A DNA stretch of 35,092 nt from IMG/VR virus record IMGVR_UViG_3300040985_001130, positions 1-35,092 of that record; one strand, 5' to 3'. Shown here piece after piece: positions 8,261 through 16,206 of the stretch. The notes below the pieces were generated by a model that worked only from the letters and a program-made list of their open reading frames with translations, was not told where the DNA came from and searched no databases. Position numbers and translations under genes: made by a program. This DNA is from a virus (taxonomy: Duplodnaviria > Caudoviricetes). How positions within the stretch are numbered: the stretch's first letter is position 1; each line of letters begins with the position of its first letter.

Positions 8261-9637
8261 ATGGGACAAAACTTAAAACATCTATTCAAAATGACAGATC
8301 ATACAAATGATTTGCCTGGTTTTATCTATAATAAAAATTATGATACAGCTGCCCCTGAGTTGAGAAACTTAATGGGCAACACCAAAACTCCTCAGCTGAT
8401 AGATGTTGTTAACAGTTTTGAGTGGACACACACCACCCCAGCTGGTCGGCATGAAGTACCGTATATTCGAATGTCAGAATATAGCGTTGAGTTTAGTGCA
8501 CTACTTCAAAACATTAGATATATGATGACTGGTTGGTCTGATTTTGCAGGCAAGATGCTTGACGCCTCCAAGGTTACTCAAATGTCTAAGGCAGCAGCCG
8601 ACTCCCTTACGAAAATGTCAAAAGGAGATGATGGAATAAAGAAGACTATTGCCACTTCAATACTCAAAGGCAAGCAGAAAGGTGAAGAGCTGCATGAGAT
8701 GATACAAAGATACGCAACGCTTAATGGTAAAGGTATGGAAGCAACTCCGCCATATCTAAGACCTTATTACGGGCTGTATGGTACTGTACCTACAGGGTTT
8801 GAATACGCATTCCCGTATTTTGAACAACAATGGAAAGAAGTGACCCCCAGATGGGCCGAATTTAAGGGTGGCGGAGGCCTTGTCTCGCCAATTGTTAAGG
8901 AGGTGTTTAATCAAGACGGTCTAGGTAAAGACATACTTGAAACGGCTAAGTTGTTACCCGGTGTCAAAGGGACATATATCGAACGACCGTATGATTATAC
9001 TTACGGTAACGATTTACCAACCTGGACATTTAGCTTTAATCTATTAAACACTAGAGACTGGACAGATGTAGTTAAAAACTGGCAGCTGTGCTACATGCTC
9101 TCATATCAAAACTTACCAAATAAGGTAACTAAGACTATGCTAGATCCACCCGTCATATATGAAGTAGAAGTACCGGGTATATTTTATTCACCATATGCAT
9201 ACATGAGTAGAGTGTCCATTTCTAACAAAGGTGCACTCAGGCTTGCGAAGGTACCCTTGTTAAAAGAATATGCGTCCGCCACGTACGAGTTGCTTGAAGA
9301 CAATCCACATGGACCCAGAGAGATGTCACGCGAAGAGTGGAAGAAATCAAAAGAAAGTATCTTACCGGAAAAATCTCTAACAGACAACGGCCAGATACAA
9401 GCCGCTATGGGCGCTGGTATTGTAAAGGGCGGTGCATACATCGGTGGTAGTTCGCAAGAAGTTGTAATAGAGACATTAATACCAGATGCGTATGAAGTTC
9501 AGATAACAGTTCAATCACTTATACCTGAATCTAAAAACTTACATTTCCATTCAATTCTCGGTCCGATCGCTCGAGCCTCTGGTATATATAATGTCTCTTT
9601 AGAAAATGCAGATACATTTGTAAGGGATAAAAAGTAG
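8261..9637 (+). CDS. gp48-like baseplate tail tube cap / tube-fold protein
   Basis: ERPYDY...PTWTFSFNLLN...YQNLP...PPVIYEVEVPG...AYMSRVSI resembles the gp48 / tube-initiator pattern; lies between the TMP candidate and the gp53-like gene. Confidence 0.6.
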   Translation: MGQNLKHLFKMTDHTNDLPGFIYNKNYDTAAPELRNLMGNTKTPQLIDVVNSFEWTHTTPAGRHEVPYIRMSEYSVEFSALLQNIRYMMTGWSDFAGKMLDASKVTQMSKAAADSLTKMSKGDDGIKKTIATSILKGKQKGEELHEMIQRYATLNGKGMEATPPYLRPYYGLYGTVPTGFEYAFPYFEQQWKEVTPRWAEFKGGGGLVSPIVKEVFNQDGLGKDILETAKLLPGVKGTYIERPYDYTYGNDLPTWTFSFNLLNTRDWTDVVKNWQLCYMLSYQNLPNKVTKTMLDPPVIYEVEVPGIFYSPYAYMSRVSISNKGALRLAKVPLLKEYASATYELLEDNPHGPREMSREEWKKSKESILPEKSLTDNGQIQAAMGAGIVKGGAYIGGSSQEVVIETLIPDAYEVQITVQSLIPESKNLHFHSILGPIARASGIYNVSLENADTFVRDKK

Positions 9638-9650
9638 AGTATAATAGAAC

Positions 9651-10022
9651 ATGAAAACTGACCTTGAAATAACAAGAAAAGATGTTGCCGGTCTCGCAGG
9701 TTTAGATGATTATGCGTATGAGCGCATATTTAAAATGTACAAAGACGAAGATGAGTTCTTTGCGTATAATATCATAAAGAATATAAGTATACCCAAAGAC
9801 TTAGATGCTGATTCCTTTTATTATTATCGTGTTGCAGGTATAGTTTCGTGGACACAGCTGAGCTATATACATTATGATACTATAAATCTATGGTGGTTAA
9901 TATGTCTAGCTAGTGGTGTCAAGAACCCAGTGAAGTTGCCTGACCCTGGTACTGTACTTAAGATATTAAAGCCACGTTCTGTCAGAGCAGTACTAGATAG
10001 CATATCGAGCAGTATTGGTTAG
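9651..10022 (+). CDS. gp53: gp53-like (LysM-type) baseplate wedge protein
   Basis: YYRV...SWTQLSYIHYDTINLWWLICLASGVKNP...PGTVLKI is the typical gp53 / P2 gpX LysM-like signature. Confidence 0.8.
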   Translation: MKTDLEITRKDVAGLAGLDDYAYERIFKMYKDEDEFFAYNIIKNISIPKDLDADSFYYYRVAGIVSWTQLSYIHYDTINLWWLICLASGVKNPVKLPDPGTVLKILKPRSVRAVLDSISSSIG

Positions 10023-10027
10023 TAGCT

Positions 10028-11590
10028 ATGTTATATAATAAGTTAATTTTCAACAAGCAGACATATGCTGTGTCAGTCATGATACAAAATAAGCATGAAC
10101 TTGCACCTATACCAGCAAACCGAATACTTTCATTCATGCTAGTTGAAGAGATGTATTCTATTTTCCCTACAGGTAAAATGGTATTAGACAGTACTGGCAA
10201 TTTGCTCGACCAAACACCGTCAATGCCATCACGAGCTAGCTTGCTGACCAAACATGCCAGAAAAGTTGGTACTGCTGACCCAACATATGCATTTAATACA
10301 GATAATAGAGACATGATTTTCGTCGATATGTTCCCAGTCGCATCTGATTGGTTCCATAAAGATGATGACAAGATATTTCCTGAAGATGAGCACCGATTAT
10401 ATTATGAATTTTATATCATAGATGAGGAGGAATCACTAGAAGATGACGGTAAACAAAAAATTCTCCATTTACGTGATGCTCGCGAACAGACGTTAGTTGA
10501 ATCTAGAGTACCCTGGACAAGTTCTGACGCCTTAGCAGCCGAAGTAGGTCATAATATTAACTTCTCACAGGTAAGTAATGAGCTCAGAAGCCCGCGCACA
10601 GGTGAAGCAATAAAACATTTCATTAAAACAGCTCTACCCATGACCAACACTTTTGCTGATTGGGATAAAGGTGATACAACTACATTTTATTCAGCGTTAC
10701 CGGGCCATTCATCATACGACACGTTGGAGGAATTACTAGATACTCACGTAAGCAGTGGTGATGCAGATAATTGCGTCCTTGGATTGGAGCGCACTAGTCG
10801 TGGCGCTGGGGACTGGTTTCTCAGACCACTAAATAAGTTTTACAGCAACGCAGTAGATAAGGTAACTGATACCCTCGGCAAATACGCCGTAGATATATTC
10901 CATGTAACAAGTGGTGGCTCCAAGGGTGGTTCTGCCACAAAGCCGATAGATAAGATACCACTAAAAGGATTTGCCGCTATCGCCCGTAATGAAGTCATAC
11001 AGCAATTCGACGGATTAGAAAATTTTACATATCTCAATATGCCCAATGGCCCGTGCTTACAAGATCTTGTTACAACTATAACACACGGGTACAATTTTGC
11101 TGAAAAGCAGTTCGATATAGACTGTGAACATAACCATATAGGTAGAATTAGAGATAAATTTGATAAATTATATGTAAAGGACATGATGGGTGACTCACCA
11201 ACACCGGTATTCCCTGTAGAGAGCCAACGACTTGAAAATAAAAATGTCAAGCATGTATATTCACCAGGTAATACTACACAAAAGCGAAAAAAAGATGGTG
11301 TCAATAGGGTGCTGAACAAAGCATTAGCATATGCTCCGGGGATCGACTTTGCAGTACCAGGTAACACGCGCAGACAACCTGGTCGCTTTATAATCTTGGC
11401 AGATTCTACACTTGAACCGGGATCAGCATTTGAGAAGATTATATCAGGTGAATGGTTTATGGTTAAAATCGTACATATGTTTAACTTTGCCGTACAGAAC
11501 TACCAGCAACAAATATCATGCACCAAGTCACACACGCATTCAGTATTATCACCACTTAACGACGACGACGTGGCCGCGATAACAAAATAA
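10028..11590 (+). CDS. baseplate hub protein (gp27 / GpD / VgrG-N-like)
   Basis: N-terminal LVEEMYSIFPTGKMVL; C-terminal FAVPGNTRRQPGRFI...SGEWFMVKIVHMF...YQQQISCTK; follows the gp53-like gene. Confidence 0.7.
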   Translation: MLYNKLIFNKQTYAVSVMIQNKHELAPIPANRILSFMLVEEMYSIFPTGKMVLDSTGNLLDQTPSMPSRASLLTKHARKVGTADPTYAFNTDNRDMIFVDMFPVASDWFHKDDDKIFPEDEHRLYYEFYIIDEEESLEDDGKQKILHLRDAREQTLVESRVPWTSSDALAAEVGHNINFSQVSNELRSPRTGEAIKHFIKTALPMTNTFADWDKGDTTTFYSALPGHSSYDTLEELLDTHVSSGDADNCVLGLERTSRGAGDWFLRPLNKFYSNAVDKVTDTLGKYAVDIFHVTSGGSKGGSATKPIDKIPLKGFAAIARNEVIQQFDGLENFTYLNMPNGPCLQDLVTTITHGYNFAEKQFDIDCEHNHIGRIRDKFDKLYVKDMMGDSPTPVFPVESQRLENKNVKHVYSPGNTTQKRKKDGVNRVLNKALAYAPGIDFAVPGNTRRQPGRFIILADSTLEPGSAFEKIISGEWFMVKIVHMFNFAVQNYQQQISCTKSHTHSVLSPLNDDDVAAITK

Positions 11591-11591
11591 C

Positions 11592-12770
11592 ATGACATCA
11601 CAAACACCAACAAAGACAGGGATACCACTATTAATAGATAGTGATGTACTTAATACTGTCGATTTTCATGTTGCATCTACAAATTGGTTGAGTCTTATCG
11701 ATACGTACATAGATGACATTGCTGCCACGTATGTATGGAACTACACACAGCATACATCTGACCCACTTACTGATGAATTTAGATTTTTTAGATCGATGAA
11801 CGAAGGTGTACTACCTTTAAGGTCAAATTACCGCGGTGGTGCCAATTCTAGAGCAGAACAATCAGATCTTGCATACTTATCGAAGCTAGACACTCTCTTA
11901 GAGCCGCATTGGGTATGGGTACGGACAGATACCAGTTTACCGGAAACGAGACAGAACGAAACTACTTTAGCTACTGAGTATCATGCGTACGATATCTCTA
12001 ATAGAAGGGATATGTGGTTGCAGTACGAATATGATACCAAGCAAGTCACCTTAGACAAGATTAACAATTTAAGCCCTATATGGGGCATGGAGAATCTAGA
12101 AGATAGTCAAGAATTTCTGCTTTACTGGATGAAGAAATATCGCCGAGCTCATGACACTGTGAAGGGAATGTATAGTCAGTATCTTTCCGCGTATAATGTT
12201 CCTGAAGCTGATGATTGGTTTGCTACTGTCAGCGACAGCATAGGTCTACTCCATCGCCGTATTGATTTTCCTGATACAACAATGATACCAACACTGGATG
12301 TTGATTTTGAATTGTTAGGTATATCTCCGTCCGTTATAGACCCGGTCATACATGATAAGATAGATAGTGATACCGATGGGTTGACGAAACATTTAAGTAC
12401 ATCGACAAATTCATTGTTTAGAAAAAACAGGACCCCTTTAATCCGCGCTATAGCAAGCTCGGCAAACAGTCATGGTGAGGTCGGTGTTAATGATTGGATG
12501 CATTGGGGTAGGATGATGGTAAATTACGGTCATATGGAAGGGCACGTTAATGAAGTACTCGGTAACGTACATAATGCATTAGGGTATATTAGTAACGCTG
12601 TTAATAATCAGAGAGTCAAAAATCCGTCGTTTGAAATGGTAGTTGAAGACTCCATAGTTAGAGTTGACATACTGAAAAACAAGCATCACACATTAACGAG
12701 CATTCTAACGTCTAGAAGTACAAACAGTGATGTATTTAGCCCAGTTACAAATATTAAAGACTCGAGTTAG
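11592..12770 (+). CDS. hypothetical protein (392 aa)
   Basis: Long ORF starting 1 nt after the hub stop (TAA C ATG); no motif recognised. Confidence 0.75.
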   Translation: MTSQTPTKTGIPLLIDSDVLNTVDFHVASTNWLSLIDTYIDDIAATYVWNYTQHTSDPLTDEFRFFRSMNEGVLPLRSNYRGGANSRAEQSDLAYLSKLDTLLEPHWVWVRTDTSLPETRQNETTLATEYHAYDISNRRDMWLQYEYDTKQVTLDKINNLSPIWGMENLEDSQEFLLYWMKKYRRAHDTVKGMYSQYLSAYNVPEADDWFATVSDSIGLLHRRIDFPDTTMIPTLDVDFELLGISPSVIDPVIHDKIDSDTDGLTKHLSTSTNSLFRKNRTPLIRAIASSANSHGEVGVNDWMHWGRMMVNYGHMEGHVNEVLGNVHNALGYISNAVNNQRVKNPSFEMVVEDSIVRVDILKNKHHTLTSILTSRSTNSDVFSPVTNIKDSS

Positions 12771-13233
12771 GTTCACTTTCGGTAGAGATATCAATTACCT
12801 TCGCGTCTTCAAGTATCTTCTTAAACACTTCCTCTCGAGAAGCAATTAAGGCACCCTCGTTCTTCTTATCTTCAATTGCATACTTAGCCGTGACGTCCAT
12901 TTTCTTAGCCGTCAACGTAGTCTCTGTTCGTTTATTTTGTACTACAATTTTATTAAGACTCTCGATAGCACCGCTCGAGGCTCTAATAAGCTCCGACAAG
13001 GCACTAATACTGTCTGGATCACCAGAAGCCATTATATAATCTTTAACATTGTCCATTACCTCTAGACTTTGCTGTACTAGATGCCCGGAGTTATTAATAA
13101 CAAATTGCTCTACGTCCTGAGGATCCAGACTCAATTGCTCCGCACTATTACACACTTTATTATTAGTAGTAGTTGTGTCTTTTAGTTGATCAACCAAGTC
13201 TTTTATATCTTCATCCGAATTTTCGTCACTCAT
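12754..13233 (-). CDS. terminase small subunit (T4 gp16-like)
   Basis: Helical hairpin pattern DVEQFVINNSGHLVQQSLEVMDNVKDYIMASGDPDSISALSELIRASSGAIESL and C-terminal ALIASREEVFKKIL parallel gp16. It has its own late promoter. Confidence 0.6.
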   Translation of the reverse strand: MSDENSDEDIKDLVDQLKDTTTTNNKVCNSAEQLSLDPQDVEQFVINNSGHLVQQSLEVMDNVKDYIMASGDPDSISALSELIRASSGAIESLNKIVVQNKRTETTLTAKKMDVTAKYAIEDKKNEGALIASREEVFKKILEDAKVIDISTESEPNSSL

Positions 13234-13240
13234 CTACAAC

Positions 13241-13248
13241 TATTTAGT
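13241..13248 (-). promoter_or_regulatory. T4-late-type promoter ACTAAATA (minus strand)
   Basis: + strand TATTTAGT; 7 nt from the start codon at 13233. Confidence 0.65.
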
Positions 13249-13275
13249 TGAACTTCTCGATATACCACATATAAT
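13248..13275 (+). promoter_or_regulatory. possible sigma70-type promoter TTGAAC-N16-TATAAT for the small ORF / dUTPase / clamp loader unit
   Basis: TTGAAC at 13248-13253 and TATAAT at 13270-13275, 10 nt before ATG 13286. No TAAATA precedes this DNA-metabolism unit. Confidence 0.45.
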
Positions 13276-13285
13276 AAACTGTGTT

Positions 13286-13501
13286 ATGGCAAATATTAAT
13301 ATCGACGGACAAGAATATACATTAAGCCCGGATAAGACACAAGATCTTATGCAATGGCTTGCGAACAACGGAGGTGTACGAGTTGAGAGTACAAACTCAG
13401 AAAACTTCGACGGACAACAATTACTAAACGAGCAGCAGCCACCTCAAGGTAGCCCTAAGAGTAGTGATGGTACATGGGACCTTGGCACAAAATGGATTTA
13501 A
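13286..13501 (+). CDS. hypothetical small protein (71 aa)
   Basis: Fills the gap between the promoter and the dUTPase gene; no motif recognised. Confidence 0.7.
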   Translation: MANINIDGQEYTLSPDKTQDLMQWLANNGGVRVESTNSENFDGQQLLNEQQPPQGSPKSSDGTWDLGTKWI

Positions 13502-13977
13502 TTAAACAAATGATGATGACACTTAATCCTAGTGTCAAGTTTATTAAGACGCATCCAGATGCACAGCTACCTAGAGCTAATAATAGTGATACAGGTACAG
13601 GTGATTCCGGATACGACTTGGTAGCAGTGGAGGATGTAACTATCCCATGGCATCCTAGACATCCAGGTAACGCTGTGGTACCTGTTGGGTTAACATTAGC
13701 ATACATTGAAGAAGGATTTTGGTTTAGAATTGAACCGCGATCTGGATTAGGATTTAAGTATAGCTTACAACCACATTTAGGGGTAATTGATAATGGGTAT
13801 CGTGGTGATCTTGGTGTAAAGCTGTATAACTTTGGTAGTGAGTCGTATGACGTCAAGGCAGGAGATAGAATCGCCCAGTTCGTAGTATACCCTCTTATAC
13901 ATCCACAATGTGAGTGGACTGAAGAGGTTGTGCAATCAGATCGAGGTGATCAAGGGTTCGGTAGTTCAGGAAATTAA
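13492..13977 (+). CDS. dut: trimeric dUTPase
   Basis: All five motifs present: SGYDL, PRSGLG, GVIDNGYRG, GDRIAQ, RGDQGFGSSG. Start uncertain (ATGs at 13474, 13492, 13510-13516). Confidence 0.96.
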   Translation: MDLIKQMMMTLNPSVKFIKTHPDAQLPRANNSDTGTGDSGYDLVAVEDVTIPWHPRHPGNAVVPVGLTLAYIEEGFWFRIEPRSGLGFKYSLQPHLGVIDNGYRGDLGVKLYNFGSESYDVKAGDRIAQFVVYPLIHPQCEWTEEVVQSDRGDQGFGSSGN

Positions 13978-13978
13978 T

Positions 13979-14908
13979 ATGTTTGATAATCTTTGGGTAG
14001 AAAAATACAGGCCAAAAACAGTAGACGATATAATTCTCACACCAGAGAATGAATCAATCATTAACAAGTTTGTTAATAACAAAGAAATCCCTAACCTAAT
14101 GTTTGCTGGACCTCCCGGTACAGGTAAGACGACACTAGCTAAGATTATTGTTAATAACATCCTTCAATGTCAGTATTTGTATATTAACGCATCCGATGAG
14201 AACGGGATTGAGACTATTAGAACAAAGGTTGTACAGTTCTCACAAACTCGAAGTCTAGACGGTAATATTAAAGTAGTAATTCTAGATGAATGTGATGGTC
14301 TCAGCCAGGACGCTCAGAGAGCGTTACGTAACATCATGGAGGAATACGCTAGAATTACTCGATTCGTGCTGACCGCTAATTATAGTCACCGGATCATACC
14401 AGCTCTACAGAGTCGGTGTCAGAGTATAGATCTTACTCCTCCTTTAAATTTATGTATTGATCGTATTAACTATATACTTGAGGCTGAGAATATCTCAGTA
14501 CAAGAAAATCAATCCGATCAACTAACGAAGTTCATTAGAAATAACTACCCTGACTTGCGTCGATGTATCAATGAGGTACAGAAATTCTGTCGTGATAATA
14601 TTATTCATATTACTGACTGTACTAAGAATGAAGAATTTGTCGCAGCTATTTTTAAATTGATAAAAACAGGTGCAGTATTAAAGCTCAGAAAGTACATTAT
14701 CGAAAATGAGCAAAAGTTTAATAGTGATTACCCTGTATTATTAAAGTCATTATTCGACCATGTCGATAGCGTCAATATACCTGCAGATAGCAAGAAGATG
14801 TGCCTAGTGGTTATTGCCGAATCACTGTACAGGAGCGCATTTGTCGCAGATCAGGAAATAAACTGCTACAGCTGTTTAATTCAATTATCGAACGCTATTA
14901 AGAATTAG
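13979..14908 (+). CDS. gp44: sliding-clamp loader AAA+ subunit (T4 gp44 / RFC small subunit family)
   Basis: LWVEKYRP, Walker A GPPGTGKT, INASDENGI, Walker B VVILDECD, AQRALR, SRC motif, PDLRR. Start moved to 13979 (TAA T ATG after dut). Confidence 0.95.
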   Translation: MFDNLWVEKYRPKTVDDIILTPENESIINKFVNNKEIPNLMFAGPPGTGKTTLAKIIVNNILQCQYLYINASDENGIETIRTKVVQFSQTRSLDGNIKVVILDECDGLSQDAQRALRNIMEEYARITRFVLTANYSHRIIPALQSRCQSIDLTPPLNLCIDRINYILEAENISVQENQSDQLTKFIRNNYPDLRRCINEVQKFCRDNIIHITDCTKNEEFVAAIFKLIKTGAVLKLRKYIIENEQKFNSDYPVLLKSLFDHVDSVNIPADSKKMCLVVIAESLYRSAFVADQEINCYSCLIQLSNAIKN

Positions 14909-15045
14909 CCTTCGTGACAATCGCAGTTACATCCGCAACTGCAATCTGATTCACACTCGCAGCAGTCACATCCGCCGGAGCAGTAGTTAGATTCTCGTGA
15001 ACCTGACTCATCCAGGCGTTCAATGTGTGTTGTTTGTTTTTGCAT
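14905..15045 (-). CDS. 46-aa Cys-rich metallothionein-like microprotein (not in the ORF track)
   Basis: Manual translation: MQKQTTHIERLDESGSRESNYCSGGCDCCECESDCSCGCNCDCHEG*. The ATG lies 3 nt after the stop of 15049..15606 and the stop overlaps the gp44 stop, so it fills the gap exactly. Confidence 0.75.
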   Translation of the reverse strand: MQKQTTHIERLDESGSRESNYCSGGCDCCECESDCSCGCNCDCHEG

Positions 15046-15048
15046 AGA

Positions 15049-15606
15049 TTAGGATTCCAGGTATTTGGAAGTATAAGACTCACCGTCCGTAGGCTTGGAG
15101 GCGTTAGGCAGATCTGTGTTGCTAGTCGGCATATCTTTGGCAGGATGTTCACAACGCGTTTGCTTTATCAATGAAAGGTCACCATCTTCAACTTCAACGT
15201 CCTTAGGCTTGATGTTTGTATCATCCTTCCTAACTTGACTGTCAGGCGTTTTACCAGCTAAGTTAGGATAGTCATCAAGAGCTTCGAGCAATGCCTGCGG
15301 TACTGTAAATACTTGAGAAAATAAACCTGGTGCTGTTTCGTGTACAACATCTACGTAGAAGTCATCAACATCCTCAAAGTTGCCAGCACTGGCAGTCGCG
15401 GGCCTTACGGCTTTCACGGCAGACACTCTGATATTATCACCAGATTCGATCAATCCTTTAATCCGCTCTAATTTAACTGCGGCTTGTCGCTTCCACCATT
15501 CATGCTGCAGATAACTGTCAATAAACTTTACGCGATCACCGACCAGTAGATCAGTGCCTTGAAATCGCCTCATCGCGGACTCTACAATTATATCAAATTT
15601 ACTCAT
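15049..15606 (-). CDS. hypothetical late protein (185 aa)
   Basis: ORF with its own TAAATA element; LLVGDRVKF suggests a small beta-barrel; disordered C-terminus. Confidence 0.8.
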   Translation of the reverse strand: MSKFDIIVESAMRRFQGTDLLVGDRVKFIDSYLQHEWWKRQAAVKLERIKGLIESGDNIRVSAVKAVRPATASAGNFEDVDDFYVDVVHETAPGLFSQVFTVPQALLEALDDYPNLAGKTPDSQVRKDDTNIKPKDVEVEDGDLSLIKQTRCEHPAKDMPTSNTDLPNASKPTDGESYTSKYLES

Positions 15607-15615
15607 ACGTGTAAG

Positions 15616-15623
15616 TATTTATT
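15616..15623 (-). promoter_or_regulatory. T4-late-type promoter AATAAATA (minus strand)
   Basis: + strand TATTTATT; 9 nt from the start at 15606; divergent from the gp25 promoter. Confidence 0.65.
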
Positions 15624-15665
15624 GTTATCAATATGAATACCATTACATCCAGAAGAAATTTTATG

Positions 15666-15673
15666 AATAAATA
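15666..15673 (+). promoter_or_regulatory. T4-late-type promoter AATAAATA
   Basis: Ends 7 nt before ATG 15681 but only 1 nt before ATG 15675, which favours 15681 as the start. Confidence 0.65.
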
Positions 15674-15680
15674 AATGTAT

Positions 15681-16193
15681 ATGGGACCGATCGATTTAAA
15701 CTTTTTACGCAAGGCAACGCCTCAGAGAACCAAGGATAACTTAAATCCACGCGTTATACCACAAGATACGTATACATATAAGGATTTAAAATTTGATCTC
15801 AAAATGGGCAATCTTGTTGGCAACAGACCCACTGACAAAGGTAGCAATACTTCCGATTTGGCTGATTTAACAGATATTGGTGCCATAAAGCAATCGGTAG
15901 CAAATATATTAAACACTAAGCCAGGAGAGAAGTTACTAAATCCGGATTTGGGTATGGATTTAAGCAACTTTGTATTTGAGCCCATCACTGAACAGACAGC
16001 TGACCTACTTGCCCGTACAATACTCAAAGGATTGGCTGCGCAGGAGCCCCGGGTCACCCTGACAAACTTACAAGTAATAGGTAATCAAGAAAGTAATAGC
16101 TATCTGATTACCTTTGTTTTACAATTTCCCAACTTAAATATTAATAAGGTGAAATTTAACGGACAACTAACTACCGACGGATTTAAGATTTAA
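15681..16193 (+). CDS. gp25: baseplate wedge / sheath initiator (gp25 / GPW family)
   Basis: AIKQSVANILNTKPGEKLLNPDLG...FVFEP...QEPRVTL. Confidence 0.93.
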   Translation: MGPIDLNFLRKATPQRTKDNLNPRVIPQDTYTYKDLKFDLKMGNLVGNRPTDKGSNTSDLADLTDIGAIKQSVANILNTKPGEKLLNPDLGMDLSNFVFEPITEQTADLLARTILKGLAAQEPRVTLTNLQVIGNQESNSYLITFVLQFPNLNINKVKFNGQLTTDGFKI

Positions 16194-16206
16194 CAAATAT
16201 TGAGAT

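Noticed and set aside
9618-9645. TTGTAA-N16-TATAAT sigma70-like promoter before the gp53-like gene
   Set aside because: The -35 lies in upstream coding sequence, the DNA is AT-rich, and early expression of a wedge gene is unexpected; not supportable alone.
14898-15152. Track ORF of 84 aa on the - strand (Ala/Val/Thr-rich end)
   Set aside because: It overlaps the 185-aa gene by about 100 nt and is the shifted-frame shadow of the Cys-rich ORF 14905..15045, which fits the gap exactly.
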